Shown here: one piece after another, positions 39,545 through 49,696 of the stretch | Numbering within the stretch: the stretch's first letter is position 1 | Layout: each line of letters starts with the position of its first letter | Assembly (NCBI GenBank): GCA_048625195.1 | Contig: JBMCRE010000005.1 | Location: 1 to 60,520 of the forward strand | From: Nanobdellota archaeon | GTDB taxonomy: Archaea; Nanobdellota; Nanobdellia; Woesearchaeales; UBA583 | Direction of reading: 5' to 3' | Length of the DNA stretch: 60,520 nt | Program-made: the position numbers and the translations under genes | Notes under the pieces: generated by a model | What the model saw: the letters and a program-made list of their open reading frames with translations, nothing else | Told to the model about the DNA's origin: nothing | The model's database searches: none

Positions 39545-40336
39545 TTAATTTTTTTTTGATTCTTGAAATTTTACTAATATATTCTTTTTTTTTGATTTTT
39601 CTTCTAGTAATTTTTTAAATTGATTATAAATTTTATCTGCTGACTTTTTATCTTCATGAATAATTTTTATTTCAAACAATCCTGCTGCTAAATATATAAT
39701 ATTAACTTTATTGTAGTTTAAAGAATTTAAAGATTCTTTTATTAAAGATTTAATATCTTCTATACCATTCTCCTCTTGTGAATTCATATGAAATTTTTGT
39801 TTAAATACTATCTCTTCTGGTTTAATTCTATTATTGATTATTTCAATTAAAATTGTTTTTTCTTGTGGCGTTAGATTATTAAAAATATCTATTTTACTGT
39901 TATCTAACATAATATCATATAAAGCTTCAAATATCATCTCATAATTTTCAAAAATTGGCTCATAAGTTTTTTCAAATAATTTTTCTATTGATATCCCTAT
40001 TTTTTCTGCAGCTTCCTGATAAACTCTTTGCGAATATTCTTCTTTCTTAATTTTTTCTAGTTTTTCCTTCATAATAGGAACAGGAACTCTTCTTAATGAA
40101 ACATCAATTCTTCTACCTTTCTGATCAACTCTTAATACTTTACAAACTATTTTCTTGTTTTCAACAACATATTCTCTTAAGTTCCTAATTCTTCCTGGAG
40201 CAATCTCTGATATAGTTAAAACACCTTCCTTCTCATACTCGTCTAGTGTTACAAATGTTGTATTTCCATAAATTTTTCTAACTGTACACAAAACTATTTC
40301 GCCACTATTTGGATATCCTTCTTTTATATATAACAT
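39545..40336 (-). CDS. eif2a: translation initiation factor 2 alpha subunit
   Basis: GYPNSGEIVLCTV, SEIAPGRIRNLREYV, VCKVLRVD...IDVSLRRV S1 domain. Confidence 0.93.
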   Translation of the reverse strand: MLYIKEGYPNSGEIVLCTVRKIYGNTTFVTLDEYEKEGVLTISEIAPGRIRNLREYVVENKKIVCKVLRVDQKGRRIDVSLRRVPVPIMKEKLEKIKKEEYSQRVYQEAAEKIGISIEKLFEKTYEPIFENYEMIFEALYDIMLDNSKIDIFNNLTPQEKTILIEIINNRIKPEEIVFKQKFHMNSQEENGIEDIKSLIKESLNSLNYNKVNIIYLAAGLFEIKIIHEDKKSADKIYNQFKKLLEEKSKKKNILVKFQESKKN

Positions 40337-40538
40337 TTTAACCTCTTTAGTTATAATAAATTTTTTGTTTATTTACTAATAACTGTTATTTATTTATTAC
40401 AAATCCAATGTATTTTAAAAAGATTGCTAAATAATAAAAAATGTTTGAATGTTTTTTGTTGTCTAATAATAAGAATTAAAATGTAATACAGATAAAATAG
40501 TCATAAACATTTATAAAGTTTTACTTTTTTAATTAATT

Positions 40539-40871
40539 ATGGAAGGCAAAGATATTGAATTTGAAAATGCCATTAAACAATTAAAAGGTGAAGACTCAGG
40601 AAAACAATTTTTAGTTGGATTTATTCTTGGAACTATAAATATTAGTTTGATGATATTCTTTACATCTTTATCTAATAAACTTGAGAATGTTTTTTTAAAA
40701 CAATTCTTGATTATTCTTATCCCAGTAATAATGTTTTTAATTTTGATTTTGTTAACAAGAGGAGCATTTAAAATACAAAATGAATACCTTGCTTATGGTT
40801 TAATTTTTGCAACTTTTTTTATTCCTATATTTCTGTTTTTAACATTTGTCTTATTTTTTGTTATTTTATAA
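40539..40871 (+). CDS. membrane hypothetical protein
   Basis: Three TM segments. Confidence 0.5.
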   Translation: MEGKDIEFENAIKQLKGEDSGKQFLVGFILGTINISLMIFFTSLSNKLENVFLKQFLIILIPVIMFLILILLTRGAFKIQNEYLAYGLIFATFFIPIFLFLTFVLFFVIL

Positions 40872-41592
40872 GCTGAATATTTTCTTGGATATAATTTTTA
40901 TCTTGTTTTTGTTTCTTTTTTATAATTATATTTTCTAGTGTTTTTGGAATGTTTTGAATTTGTTGATTTGAAATGTCAAATAATGATGTTATTTTTTTTA
41001 ATTCATTAAATTTTAATATTTGTTTTTTATCTTCGATTAAATAATTTATATATAAGTTCAAGTTATATTTGTTTGTGAATTTAATATTTTGATTTATTCT
41101 GCCTATTTCTTTTGGAATGTTTTTTTTTGATTCTTCCTTAGCAAAGTTTAAAGATATGAGTATTCCTATTTGTTTGTTTTTTGCAAGATTACATAACACA
41201 TGATTTAGGCCTGAATTAAAATGATGAATATAATCTATTTTATTATAATATTTTGAATTATGAGGGTCTTGGAGTAAGTCTATTTGAGTTTGTTCTATAA
41301 AGAATCGGTTTATTTTATTAGTTCCACCATAACCTATAATTATGTCAAAATCGTTTTTCAGATTATTTATTATCCCTATTGTTGAATTGTCTATTTTTTC
41401 TAAAAATACTTGTATTGCTGTTTTTTCTATTTTATTAGATTGAATAGTTTCTTTAATTTTTTCTAATGATTGTTTAATTTTAGTTTTCTCATTGATAGTT
41501 ATTTGAAATAGAGTAATTGGAGAAAATAATTTTTTATCTATATCTTTTATAATATCATTATAATTAGAATTATGTTTAATAAGTATGTACAT
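40861..41592 (-). CDS. rnp3: RNase P protein component Rpp30-like
   Basis: NRFFIE...IDLL...SGLNHVLCNLAKNKQIGILI PHP-like pattern. Confidence 0.7.
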   Translation of the reverse strand: MYILIKHNSNYNDIIKDIDKKLFSPITLFQITINEKTKIKQSLEKIKETIQSNKIEKTAIQVFLEKIDNSTIGIINNLKNDFDIIIGYGGTNKINRFFIEQTQIDLLQDPHNSKYYNKIDYIHHFNSGLNHVLCNLAKNKQIGILISLNFAKEESKKNIPKEIGRINQNIKFTNKYNLNLYINYLIEDKKQILKFNELKKITSLFDISNQQIQNIPKTLENIIIKKKQKQDKNYIQENIQLIK

Positions 41593-41662
41593 AAATATTG
41601 TGAAGAATTGAGTATTTATAAATTTATGAGTATTTTGTGTGGGATGAATGAGAGAGTTAGTT

Positions 41663-42598
41663 TTAATTAGATATTATTATTTCTTTTAAAACTCCTTTTT
41701 TTACTAATTCTATATTAAATAAATAATCACATAACAGAAAAGCTTCATTTAATGATTTTTTAGTAGTTTTCCAACCTAAACCATCAGTAATCCAAATTAA
41801 ATCTATTCCTTGATTTTTTAAAAAGTTGTATAAATATTGATATTCTCCTGATGTTGATTTTATTTTTGAACCTGTTCCACTATAATAATTAGTTTCAATA
41901 ATAAATATTTTATTTTTGGATTTTTCAAAAACTGCAAAATCAAATTTTCTATTAGTTTTATCTAATTTTATATCAAAATTCCATTTTTCTTTTATTTTTA
42001 ATTGTGTTGCCTGTGCAATATATTCTAAATTATTTTGTTGTGTAAATTTTTTAATTATTTTTTCAACAATACTTTCCATACTTTGACCTGTTCTATTTTT
42101 TCTTGCATTAGTATCCATTCCAACTTCTATTCCAAAGCAATAATCTACTATATTTTTAACATTTTTATTTTCAAAAATATCTTTTAAACCACTTTCATTG
42201 AAAAAAAATATTAAATCTTTTTTTAATTCTGAATTCAATTTTATTTTTGGATCGAATAATGAAATTTTACTCTCTGAACTTAATTCTTCAAAATCATCAA
42301 TAATTTTCAAATCTTTTAATTTATTATTTCTAATTGCTATAATAATAGGTAAAGTTTTTCTAACATTTGGATATTTTATAACTAAATCAATAAATTCATT
42401 TTCAATATTTTCTTTTCCAATTAAAAAATTTAATAAATTTAGTTCTTTTTCTATTTTATAAATATTGATTTTTACTTTTTTAAAATTTACAAAAAAATCC
42501 CATGTAAAAATAGAATCCGTTAAAGTATTTATTAAATAATTAAATACTTCTTCCTCATTATGTAAATTTAATTTCCTATATATTTCTAAATATTTCAT
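41663..42598 (-). CDS. dpnB: DpnII-family type II restriction endonuclease
   Basis: WDFFVNFKKV, GIEVGMDTNARKNRTG, RKFDFA...IETNYYSGTGSK, IWITDGLGW. Confidence 0.9.
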   Translation of the reverse strand: MKYLEIYRKLNLHNEEEVFNYLINTLTDSIFTWDFFVNFKKVKINIYKIEKELNLLNFLIGKENIENEFIDLVIKYPNVRKTLPIIIAIRNNKLKDLKIIDDFEELSSESKISLFDPKIKLNSELKKDLIFFFNESGLKDIFENKNVKNIVDYCFGIEVGMDTNARKNRTGQSMESIVEKIIKKFTQQNNLEYIAQATQLKIKEKWNFDIKLDKTNRKFDFAVFEKSKNKIFIIETNYYSGTGSKIKSTSGEYQYLYNFLKNQGIDLIWITDGLGWKTTKKSLNEAFLLCDYLFNIELVKKGVLKEIIISN

Positions 42599-43458
42599 TT
42601 TTTATTTTTATAATTTCTAACAACAATTTCATTTATTTTTCCTCTTTTATCTCCATTACAATTTATCATTCTTGTTGCTTGAACAAAATCAATATTATAT
42701 TCTGAATATAAATCTTTAATAAATTTTGTATCACTATTACTAAGCATAACATAACATTCTTTTTTATCTAATTTTTTAAATAATTTTGCTAATTTTTCTT
42801 GTTCTTTCTCTAAAAATACATCTTTTGTATATGTTGTAAAACTTTTTTTATTTTTTAAAGGATAATAAGGTGGATCAAAATAAACGAAATCTCCCTTTTT
42901 TGCTAAGTTTAACACTTTTTCAAAAGACATAACTTTAATTGTAACTTTTTGTAATAAATTTGAAACTAATCTTAACTTTTCTTCATTTACAATCTCAGGA
43001 TTTTTATAAGAACCCATAGGAACATTAAATTTTCCTTTTGAATTTACTCTATAAAGTCCATTGAAACATGTTTTGTTTAAGTAAATAAATCTTGCTGCTC
43101 TTTCTAATTTTGGTAATTTATTTACATCTACTGCTCTAATTGTTAAATAATATTTTTTACCCTCAACCATATGATATTCTTTATGTTGTTTTAATTCAAC
43201 AATTAATCTTTCAACATCATCTTTAATTATTTCATAAGTATTAATTAACTCCTCATTAATATCAGAAATTATTATTTTTTTAGGTTTATATTTTTGTATT
43301 ATATAAAAAAAAACTGCTCCACTTCCTAAAAATGGTTCAATATATCTTTCAATATTTTTAGGAAATAATGGTTTAAATTGTTCTAATAATTGACCTTTCC
43401 CACCTACCCATTTTACAAATTTAGGTATTTTAATTGTCATAGTTATTTTTTTCATCAT
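42595..43458 (-). CDS. dpnM: Dam/DpnM-type N6-adenine DNA methyltransferase
   Basis: KWVGGKGQLL, YIEPFLGSGAV, YLNKTCFNGLYRVN, YFDPPY. Confidence 0.92.
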   Translation of the reverse strand: MMKKITMTIKIPKFVKWVGGKGQLLEQFKPLFPKNIERYIEPFLGSGAVFFYIIQKYKPKKIIISDINEELINTYEIIKDDVERLIVELKQHKEYHMVEGKKYYLTIRAVDVNKLPKLERAARFIYLNKTCFNGLYRVNSKGKFNVPMGSYKNPEIVNEEKLRLVSNLLQKVTIKVMSFEKVLNLAKKGDFVYFDPPYYPLKNKKSFTTYTKDVFLEKEQEKLAKLFKKLDKKECYVMLSNSDTKFIKDLYSEYNIDFVQATRMINCNGDKRGKINEIVVRNYKNKK

Positions 43459-43464
43459 TCTTAT

Positions 43465-44247
43465 TTAAATATTTTTGTTATCTATAGAATTAATTCTTTT
43501 CTTTGTAAGTTCTAAAAATTCTTCTTCTTTGTCAATTCCAATATATGTTCTATTTAACATACTTGCCACAACTCCTGTTGTTCCAGATCCATTAAAAGGA
43601 TCTAAAATTATAGCGTTTTCTTTTGTGGAAGATGCGATTATTCTTTTTAATAATTCTATTGGCTTTTGTGTTGGATGTTTTCCATATTTTTTTTCACTTA
43701 TTGGAGTTAATGGAATATGCCAAATACTTCTCATTTGTTTTCCTTTGGGAGTAATTTTATCATCCCATTCTCTCATTAATTCATAATTAAAAATATGTGA
43801 ACTTTTTTCATATTTTCTTGCCCATAAAATTGTTTCATGTGTATGTGCAAAATATTTACAAGATAAATTAGGTGGTGCATTAGGTTTAAACCAAGTAATT
43901 TCATTTAATAATTTAAACTTTAACTTTTGTAGAGAATAACCTACTTGATAAATATTATGCATAGTTCCACTAATCCAAATACTACCATCTTTTTTTAATA
44001 CTCTTTTACAAGCTTTAATCCATTTCAAAGTAAAATCAAAATCTTTTTCAAAACCATTAGATTTATCCCAATCAGCTTTATTCACACATACAACTTTTCC
44101 TGCTTTACAAGAGATTCCTCCATTTGATAAAAAATAAGGAGGGTCTGCAAAAATCATGTCAATTGAATTTTTAGGTAATTCTTTTAAAACATTTAAACAA
44201 TCATCATGAAAAAGCATAATATTTTCTGATTCAAAATAAGGTTTCAT
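43465..44247 (-). CDS. dpnA: DpnA-type (beta class) DNA methyltransferase
   Basis: FADPPYFLSNGGISC, HPTQKP, ILDPFNGSGTT. Confidence 0.9.
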   Translation of the reverse strand: MKPYFESENIMLFHDDCLNVLKELPKNSIDMIFADPPYFLSNGGISCKAGKVVCVNKADWDKSNGFEKDFDFTLKWIKACKRVLKKDGSIWISGTMHNIYQVGYSLQKLKFKLLNEITWFKPNAPPNLSCKYFAHTHETILWARKYEKSSHIFNYELMREWDDKITPKGKQMRSIWHIPLTPISEKKYGKHPTQKPIELLKRIIASSTKENAIILDPFNGSGTTGVVASMLNRTYIGIDKEEEFLELTKKRINSIDNKNI

Positions 44248-44400
44248 TAATATATTAAAATTTTGTTTTATTAAATAGTTTACTATTGAAACTTTAAAAA
44301 AATATTAAAATTAGTGAAATTTGTTTATTTTTAATTAGTTAGTTTTTTATATTAAGATAAATTTTATATTATTAGCCTTTGTTAAAATTATAAACATTTA

Positions 44401-44490
44401 ATGAAGGTACAGCCCACCACAAGAGGATCTTTGCAAGAGTAAATGACATTAGTCTAACTATGAATGCTCAGGTTAGTGATTGTGGGCATC
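44401..44490. ncRNA. GC-enriched intergenic element with a predicted multi-stem fold (candidate ncRNA)
   Basis: GCCCAC(44412-17)/GTGGGC(44482-87) closing stem and CTAACT-A-TGA-ATGC-TCA-GGTTAG inner hairpin in an otherwise AT-rich gap. Confidence 0.3.
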
Positions 44491-44498
44491 ATTTTTAT

Positions 44499-45179
44499 TT
44501 AAAAATCGTTTAGAGTTTTTTGATTTTGATTTGTTATAATATTTTTATATGTTTGCCAACTTTTTCTGAAAATAAAATCGTATTCTTTTGAGTTGTAGTT
44601 ATTTTTTAAAAATTCTTTTGTTTTGGGGTCACTTGGATATCCACTACCAATGTCTTGTTTTATATTATGTTTTATTTCTTCAATTTCTTGTTCTCTTAAT
44701 TGTTTTGCAACAATAGATGCAGCGCTAACTATTGGATATTTTGTATCTGCTTTATTTTCTGATATTATTTTGCAATCTATTGATAATTTTTTTTTAATTT
44801 GCTCTGCAAAGTTTTCAGAATTTGATGTTAGAGCGTCAATTATTACTAAATCTGGCTCGATTTCTTCTAGAACTTTTACTATTGCAGTTATTTCTAGTTC
44901 GTTTAAGTTTTTTCCTGAAAAATTATTGGAATCTATTAATGCAGGAGTTAGTTGTGCATATTTTATTTCCAATTTGTCTCTTAATTTTAAATAAATTGAT
45001 TCTCTTTGTTTTTTAGAGAGTAGTTTGGAATCTTTTACACCAAAATCTTTTTTTAATGTGTCTTGAAAATTATTTAAATCTTTTAGTCCATTTGCTAGAT
45101 ATGCATAACAAAAACCTATGAACATTGAACCTATTACTGGTCCTTTTCCTGCTTCATCTACTCCTACAACTTTATACAC
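44499..45179 (-). CDS. rnhB: ribonuclease HII
   Basis: GVDEAGKGPVIG, GVKDSK, IIDA, KAD...VSAASIVAK, GSGYPSDP. Confidence 0.95.
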   Translation of the reverse strand: MYKVVGVDEAGKGPVIGSMFIGFCYAYLANGLKDLNNFQDTLKKDFGVKDSKLLSKKQRESIYLKLRDKLEIKYAQLTPALIDSNNFSGKNLNELEITAIVKVLEEIEPDLVIIDALTSNSENFAEQIKKKLSIDCKIISENKADTKYPIVSAASIVAKQLREQEIEEIKHNIKQDIGSGYPSDPKTKEFLKNNYNSKEYDFIFRKSWQTYKNIITNQNQKTLNDF

Positions 45180-45212
45180 TTTTATATTTTATTTTAAATT
45201 CTATTTGAATAA

Positions 45213-45533
45213 TTATTTGTATTTTTCAATAATTTTTTTTAGAGCATCTTTACTTAAAAGTCCTCTGTTTTCTTCTACTATTTCTCCATTTTTAAAAAAT
45301 ATTAATGTAGGAATACTCATTATGTTATATTTTGCTGCGATATCTGAACCATCATCAACATTAACTTTAACAAAGTTTACATCATCATATTCTTTTGAAA
45401 TTTCGTCTATAAGTGGAGCTAACATTTTACAAGGTCCACACCATGGTGCCCAAAAATCTACAACAGAAAAATTATCTGCTTTTTCTACTTTTTCACTAAA
45501 TTCACCGCTTTCAATTATGTCTTTGATTGCCAT
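45213..45533 (-). CDS. trxA: thioredoxin
   Basis: DFWAPWCGPC, IMSIPT. Confidence 0.95.
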   Translation of the reverse strand: MAIKDIIESGEFSEKVEKADNFSVVDFWAPWCGPCKMLAPLIDEISKEYDDVNFVKVNVDDGSDIAAKYNIMSIPTLIFFKNGEIVEENRGLLSKDALKKIIEKYK

Positions 45534-45611
45534 AATAATATATAATATAAAATATTTATAAAACTTTGTTCATAATGAAATATGTTTGTTTTTATGCACA
45601 TCATTTCATAT

Positions 45612-46004
45612 TTATTTGTTTAAGTTTTTAAAATATTTTAATAGTTTTTCTTTTTCTATATTTATATCCCCATTACCATTAGTTGGTTGAAATAGTTCAT
45701 ATAGTTTGTATTTTTCTGCAAATGCCATTAAAAACATTATATATTTTCCTGAATCTACATAATTTTTTTCAAAATCTAAATCATCAAATTTTACTTGTAA
45801 TTTTGTTACTCTTTTGTCAAAGTCTCTTGCAAGAGTTCCTTTGTAAATTTTAAATGATTTTGCAATTCTTGTTTTATCTTTATTTTCTATTTGTTTTTTT
45901 TTGTTTTGATTTTTTTTAGTTACATTGGAAAATCTTTGGTTTGTTTTTTTTACCCAGTTTTTATTTATATTTTGTTTGAATGGATTAATTATTTCATCAC
46001 TCAT
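45612..46004 (-). CDS. hypothetical protein coupled to parA (possible partition partner)
   Basis: Overlaps the parA stop by 8 nt; small and basic. Confidence 0.55.
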   Translation of the reverse strand: MSDEIINPFKQNINKNWVKKTNQRFSNVTKKNQNKKKQIENKDKTRIAKSFKIYKGTLARDFDKRVTKLQVKFDDLDFEKNYVDSGKYIMFLMAFAEKYKLYELFQPTNGNGDINIEKEKLLKYFKNLNK

Positions 46005-46803
46005 TTTTTATTACCTCAATTATTTTTTTATAGAGAGTTTCAAAATCTTCTATTGCTTTTTTGTGTTCGTATTTTCTTTTTTCGTCTAATTCGTAATCTA
46101 TTGCAGTTTTTCCTATCATTCTTGCTTTTTTTATATGAGAATTTTCTCTGATTGGATTGGTTATAAATTGAGAATCTATGTTTTCATATAATATATCAAA
46201 TATTTTTTGATTATCTGATTTATATCGTTTATCATATCTGTTTGGAACAACTAAGTAGTTTAAATTTTTTTTTATTAGATTTGCTTGTGATAGTCTTGAT
46301 ACATCTTCTATTGTAAGAATTATTCCAAGTAGTGAGTCAATATCGAAATGTGTTGGACAGATTAATAGATCTGTTACACAAAGTGATATTTCTGTTATTG
46401 TATCACAAACTCCAGGAGATAAATCTAGTAATACGAAATCGTATTTGTTGAATAATTTTTGATTTTTTAAATTTAATAATTTTATATAATAATTTTCTTG
46501 TTGTTCTAAATATCTTGAAACTTCTGATAGTCCTATATCTGATATTATTAAATCCAAGTTTTCATTTATATTATATACATTTTCTTTTATATTAAAACTG
46601 TTATCTCCTAGAAGATTTGAGCTTGTTAATTTGTTTTGATTGGATAGTTGTTTTGTGAAATTTTTTGAAAGATTAGATTGTGCATCTAAATCTATCATTA
46701 AAACTTTATAATTCTTTTTAGATAATATATCTGCAATATTTAAACAAATGGTTGTTTTACCTACACCTCCTTTTGATACTTTATTGGTGATAAATTTTAC
46801 CAT
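45997..46803 (-). CDS. parA: ParA/Soj family ATPase
   Basis: KGGVGKTT deviant Walker A, IDLDAQSNL, LLDLSP, VVPNRYD, IREN. Confidence 0.9.
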   Translation of the reverse strand: MVKFITNKVSKGGVGKTTICLNIADILSKKNYKVLMIDLDAQSNLSKNFTKQLSNQNKLTSSNLLGDNSFNIKENVYNINENLDLIISDIGLSEVSRYLEQQENYYIKLLNLKNQKLFNKYDFVLLDLSPGVCDTITEISLCVTDLLICPTHFDIDSLLGIILTIEDVSRLSQANLIKKNLNYLVVPNRYDKRYKSDNQKIFDILYENIDSQFITNPIRENSHIKKARMIGKTAIDYELDEKRKYEHKKAIEDFETLYKKIIEVIKNE

Positions 46804-46891
46804 AAATTATTGATAAGATTAATTAGTTTTTAAAGTTTACTAGTAAACTCTTATTATGTTTTGTCTGATTAGTTCTCTATAGCTTGATGGT

Positions 46892-49195
46892 TTAGAAAAA
46901 GTTATCTAATCTTGTTTGTTTTTTCATCAGAATAACATTGTCAAAATCTATTCCTAAACTTTCAAGTAAGTCATCACTTACACCTTTTAGTTGTTTTTCA
47001 ATGTAGTGTTCATAATCGTATTTGAAATTGTCTGAAATTAAAGATATATGTTTTGGACCTTTTTCTCCCATTACATATTTTACAGTTCTTCTATTAAAAT
47101 TTTTTAATTCTCTTGCTGCTTTTACATGAGGAGGAGTTGTCTTAGTATATTGATTTAAAGGTTTGGTGATTTTTTTTGTATAAACTAATTTGTCATCAAA
47201 TTTTCCTGATTTTAGTTTTTGAATGTAATTTAATATGTATTTTTCTATTTCTTCTCTTTTTTTATTAGAAAAAATAAGATTTACTAGGTTTATTTGAAAA
47301 CTCCTTGCTAATTGTGTCCAATCTCCCCTTATTGCTTCCATTCCTACGAATTGTATTTTGTTTTTCAATATATCTCTTCCTACATATCTTTTTTTAGATG
47401 CTATAAAAAATTTGTCATAGATTTTTTCTAATTCAATGTTTAAAAAATTTTTAATTTGATATTCTTTATCTATCCAGTCATTAAAATGTTTATTTAATTC
47501 TTTTTCTAGTTGATATCCTGCTTTTTTTAGTGAATCTAAATCAGTTTTTTTTAAATTAGGAATTTTAACAAAAATCGAATCAGTATCTCCGTAAATTACT
47601 TTATTAGATTTATTTGCATATTTTTCTGCCTTTTTAGTTACATGTCTTGCAAATCCAGTTATTGCACCTGCTATTTCACTATTATAAAATCTTGATTTTG
47701 GAGATGCTATTGCCCCCCAAAAAGAGTTCATTGTAGTTTTAAGAGCATAGCTTTTAATATCATCTTTTTGAGATTTCGCAATATCTCTTTCTTTATAAAT
47801 TTGATAAATTAAAGTTGGAAGAATTCCTTTTTGTTTTACAAATTTAGCTCCATTTGGTGCTTGAATTGTTCCATTATTTGGATTATATGTATATGGATCA
47901 ATATTAAAAGTCATTATTATTGATGGATAAAGAGATTTAAAATCAAAAACGAATATATTTTCATAAAAACCTTGTTTAGGATCAATAACATAAGCTCCTT
48001 CTAATTGACTTGTGTCTTTAAAATTATTATTTGTAGGTGCAACTATTTTTTGTTTATGTAATTCTTTTAAATATAATAAGTCTAGAGATGCTATTGGTGA
48101 TTTTACTTTCATTAATGGAGTATTTGTTATTATTGATCTTTGCATTATTAACTCAAGTAAACCGAGTTTTTCTGTAATCTTAGTTGTCAATTCTGAATCT
48201 TTAAAGTTGTATTCGATTAATTTTTGAGGATCTTGTGTTGATAGTTTTTGAATTGTATTTATTTTTTCTTCAAATGTTTCATCTGGATTTAAATCTAATT
48301 GTATTTTTTCGTCTTTTAAAACCTCTTTTGCAACTGTATTTAATTTGTAATCGTCAAAAATTATATAATTTGCTTTTAATAAATGAATTACATCAAATAC
48401 TAATACTCCTGGAATGTGTAGAGAACTATTTGTAAAAAAATCTTTATTAATTCTAAGCTTGTTTTCACCTTGAAATTGAGAAAATTTGAAATCTAAATTA
48501 TAATATTTCATTCTATCTCTTATAATATTAAAATCAAAATCTATGACGTTCCACCCCAAAATTACTTGTACTTCACTTTTAATTATATCATCTTTAAATA
48601 CCTGTAATAGCTCTTGTTCATCTTTTAATTGTATTATAGAATAATTTTTAGGAGTATCTTTTAATTTGTTGTGAGCTATTTTATCTTTGTTTATATAAAC
48701 CTTATTAAAAGATTTATTTTGATTAGAGTGAGTACTTATCATTATAATCTCTTGATTTTCATAATCTCCAACTGTCTCAATATCAAATGAAATATATTTT
48801 AGTTTGGGAATTTGATTTGATTTATTTGAAAAGATGTCTACATCATAATCTATTAAATATCTATGTTCTGGATTTAAATCATCTTCATAAGTGTCAAAAT
48901 TTAGTTCTTTTATTTGTTTTTTTAAATAATCGTATATTTCTTTGTTGAAAATTGTTAATCTTAATACTTCTTCTTCATTTTTGTTATAAAAACACTCTTC
49001 TGATAGAATAATTTTGTCACTTTCAACCTTTAAAGAATCAAAATCATTTTTTTTTAAAAAGATTTGATATGGGATGTGAACTCTATTTAGGTGAGTTTTA
49101 GAAAAAGTATCTAATGAATATATTTCTAATTGAATGTTATTTTCTTTTTCTTTTTTAATTATTTGAAAAATAAAATTATTTCTATAATTATTCAT
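46892..49195 (-). CDS. polB: family B DNA polymerase (Pol II-like)
   Basis: Exonuclease FDIET and GWNVIDFD; polymerase FDFKSLYPSII, KTTMNSFWG, YGDTDS, KKRY; TPPHVKAAR. Confidence 0.92.
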   Translation of the reverse strand: MNNYRNNFIFQIIKKEKENNIQLEIYSLDTFSKTHLNRVHIPYQIFLKKNDFDSLKVESDKIILSEECFYNKNEEEVLRLTIFNKEIYDYLKKQIKELNFDTYEDDLNPEHRYLIDYDVDIFSNKSNQIPKLKYISFDIETVGDYENQEIIMISTHSNQNKSFNKVYINKDKIAHNKLKDTPKNYSIIQLKDEQELLQVFKDDIIKSEVQVILGWNVIDFDFNIIRDRMKYYNLDFKFSQFQGENKLRINKDFFTNSSLHIPGVLVFDVIHLLKANYIIFDDYKLNTVAKEVLKDEKIQLDLNPDETFEEKINTIQKLSTQDPQKLIEYNFKDSELTTKITEKLGLLELIMQRSIITNTPLMKVKSPIASLDLLYLKELHKQKIVAPTNNNFKDTSQLEGAYVIDPKQGFYENIFVFDFKSLYPSIIMTFNIDPYTYNPNNGTIQAPNGAKFVKQKGILPTLIYQIYKERDIAKSQKDDIKSYALKTTMNSFWGAIASPKSRFYNSEIAGAITGFARHVTKKAEKYANKSNKVIYGDTDSIFVKIPNLKKTDLDSLKKAGYQLEKELNKHFNDWIDKEYQIKNFLNIELEKIYDKFFIASKKRYVGRDILKNKIQFVGMEAIRGDWTQLARSFQINLVNLIFSNKKREEIEKYILNYIQKLKSGKFDDKLVYTKKITKPLNQYTKTTPPHVKAARELKNFNRRTVKYVMGEKGPKHISLISDNFKYDYEHYIEKQLKGVSDDLLESLGIDFDNVILMKKQTRLDNFF

Positions 49196-49477
49196 ATTAT
49201 TTTATGTTTCTTTTTATTTATATGCTTTTTGAAGCAATGTTTAATAAATCTATGATAAAAACAATATAAAAACAATTAAATATGTTTTAATTTGAATAAA
49301 TATGTTTAAATATGTTTTTTTATTTTATTTTATGTTTTAATTTTACTTAAAAATTATATATATTAGTTTAATTTAGTATAAAACTCTTAAAAGTTGTTAT
49401 TTCTGCTTTATTTATTTTTATTTTGCAAAAATAATCTTAAAAATTAAAAAAGAGTTAAAATATGATTAAATTTAAAT

Positions 49478-49696
49478 AAAAATGTTTAAATATGTTTTAA
49501 AATAAAATAAAAAGCTTTAATTTTGCTTTAAAATAGTATAAATCATTTTATTTTCTTTTTTTGCCAATAAATAAAATAAAATATAAAAACGAACAAATAT
49601 ATATTTAAAATTGAAAAAACAATCAAATACATTCAAAAATAAACAAAAATGTTTAAATATGCTTCAAAATTAAACAAAAAGCTTTAATTTTGCTTT
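49478..49696 (+). repeat. 52-bp imperfect direct repeat pair in a 0.9-kb AT-rich non-coding region
   Basis: 49478-49529 versus 49645-49696, 48/52 identical; core ATGTTTAAATATG also at 49302-49314. Confidence 0.75.

Noticed and set aside
45118-45561. 147-aa plus-strand ORF, and the other short antisense ORFs nested in long genes (e.g. 4212-4397, 9495-9812, 22394-22864, 43475-43786, 44623-44994)
   Set aside because: They are antisense shadows of well-supported genes, with no motifs and atypical composition.
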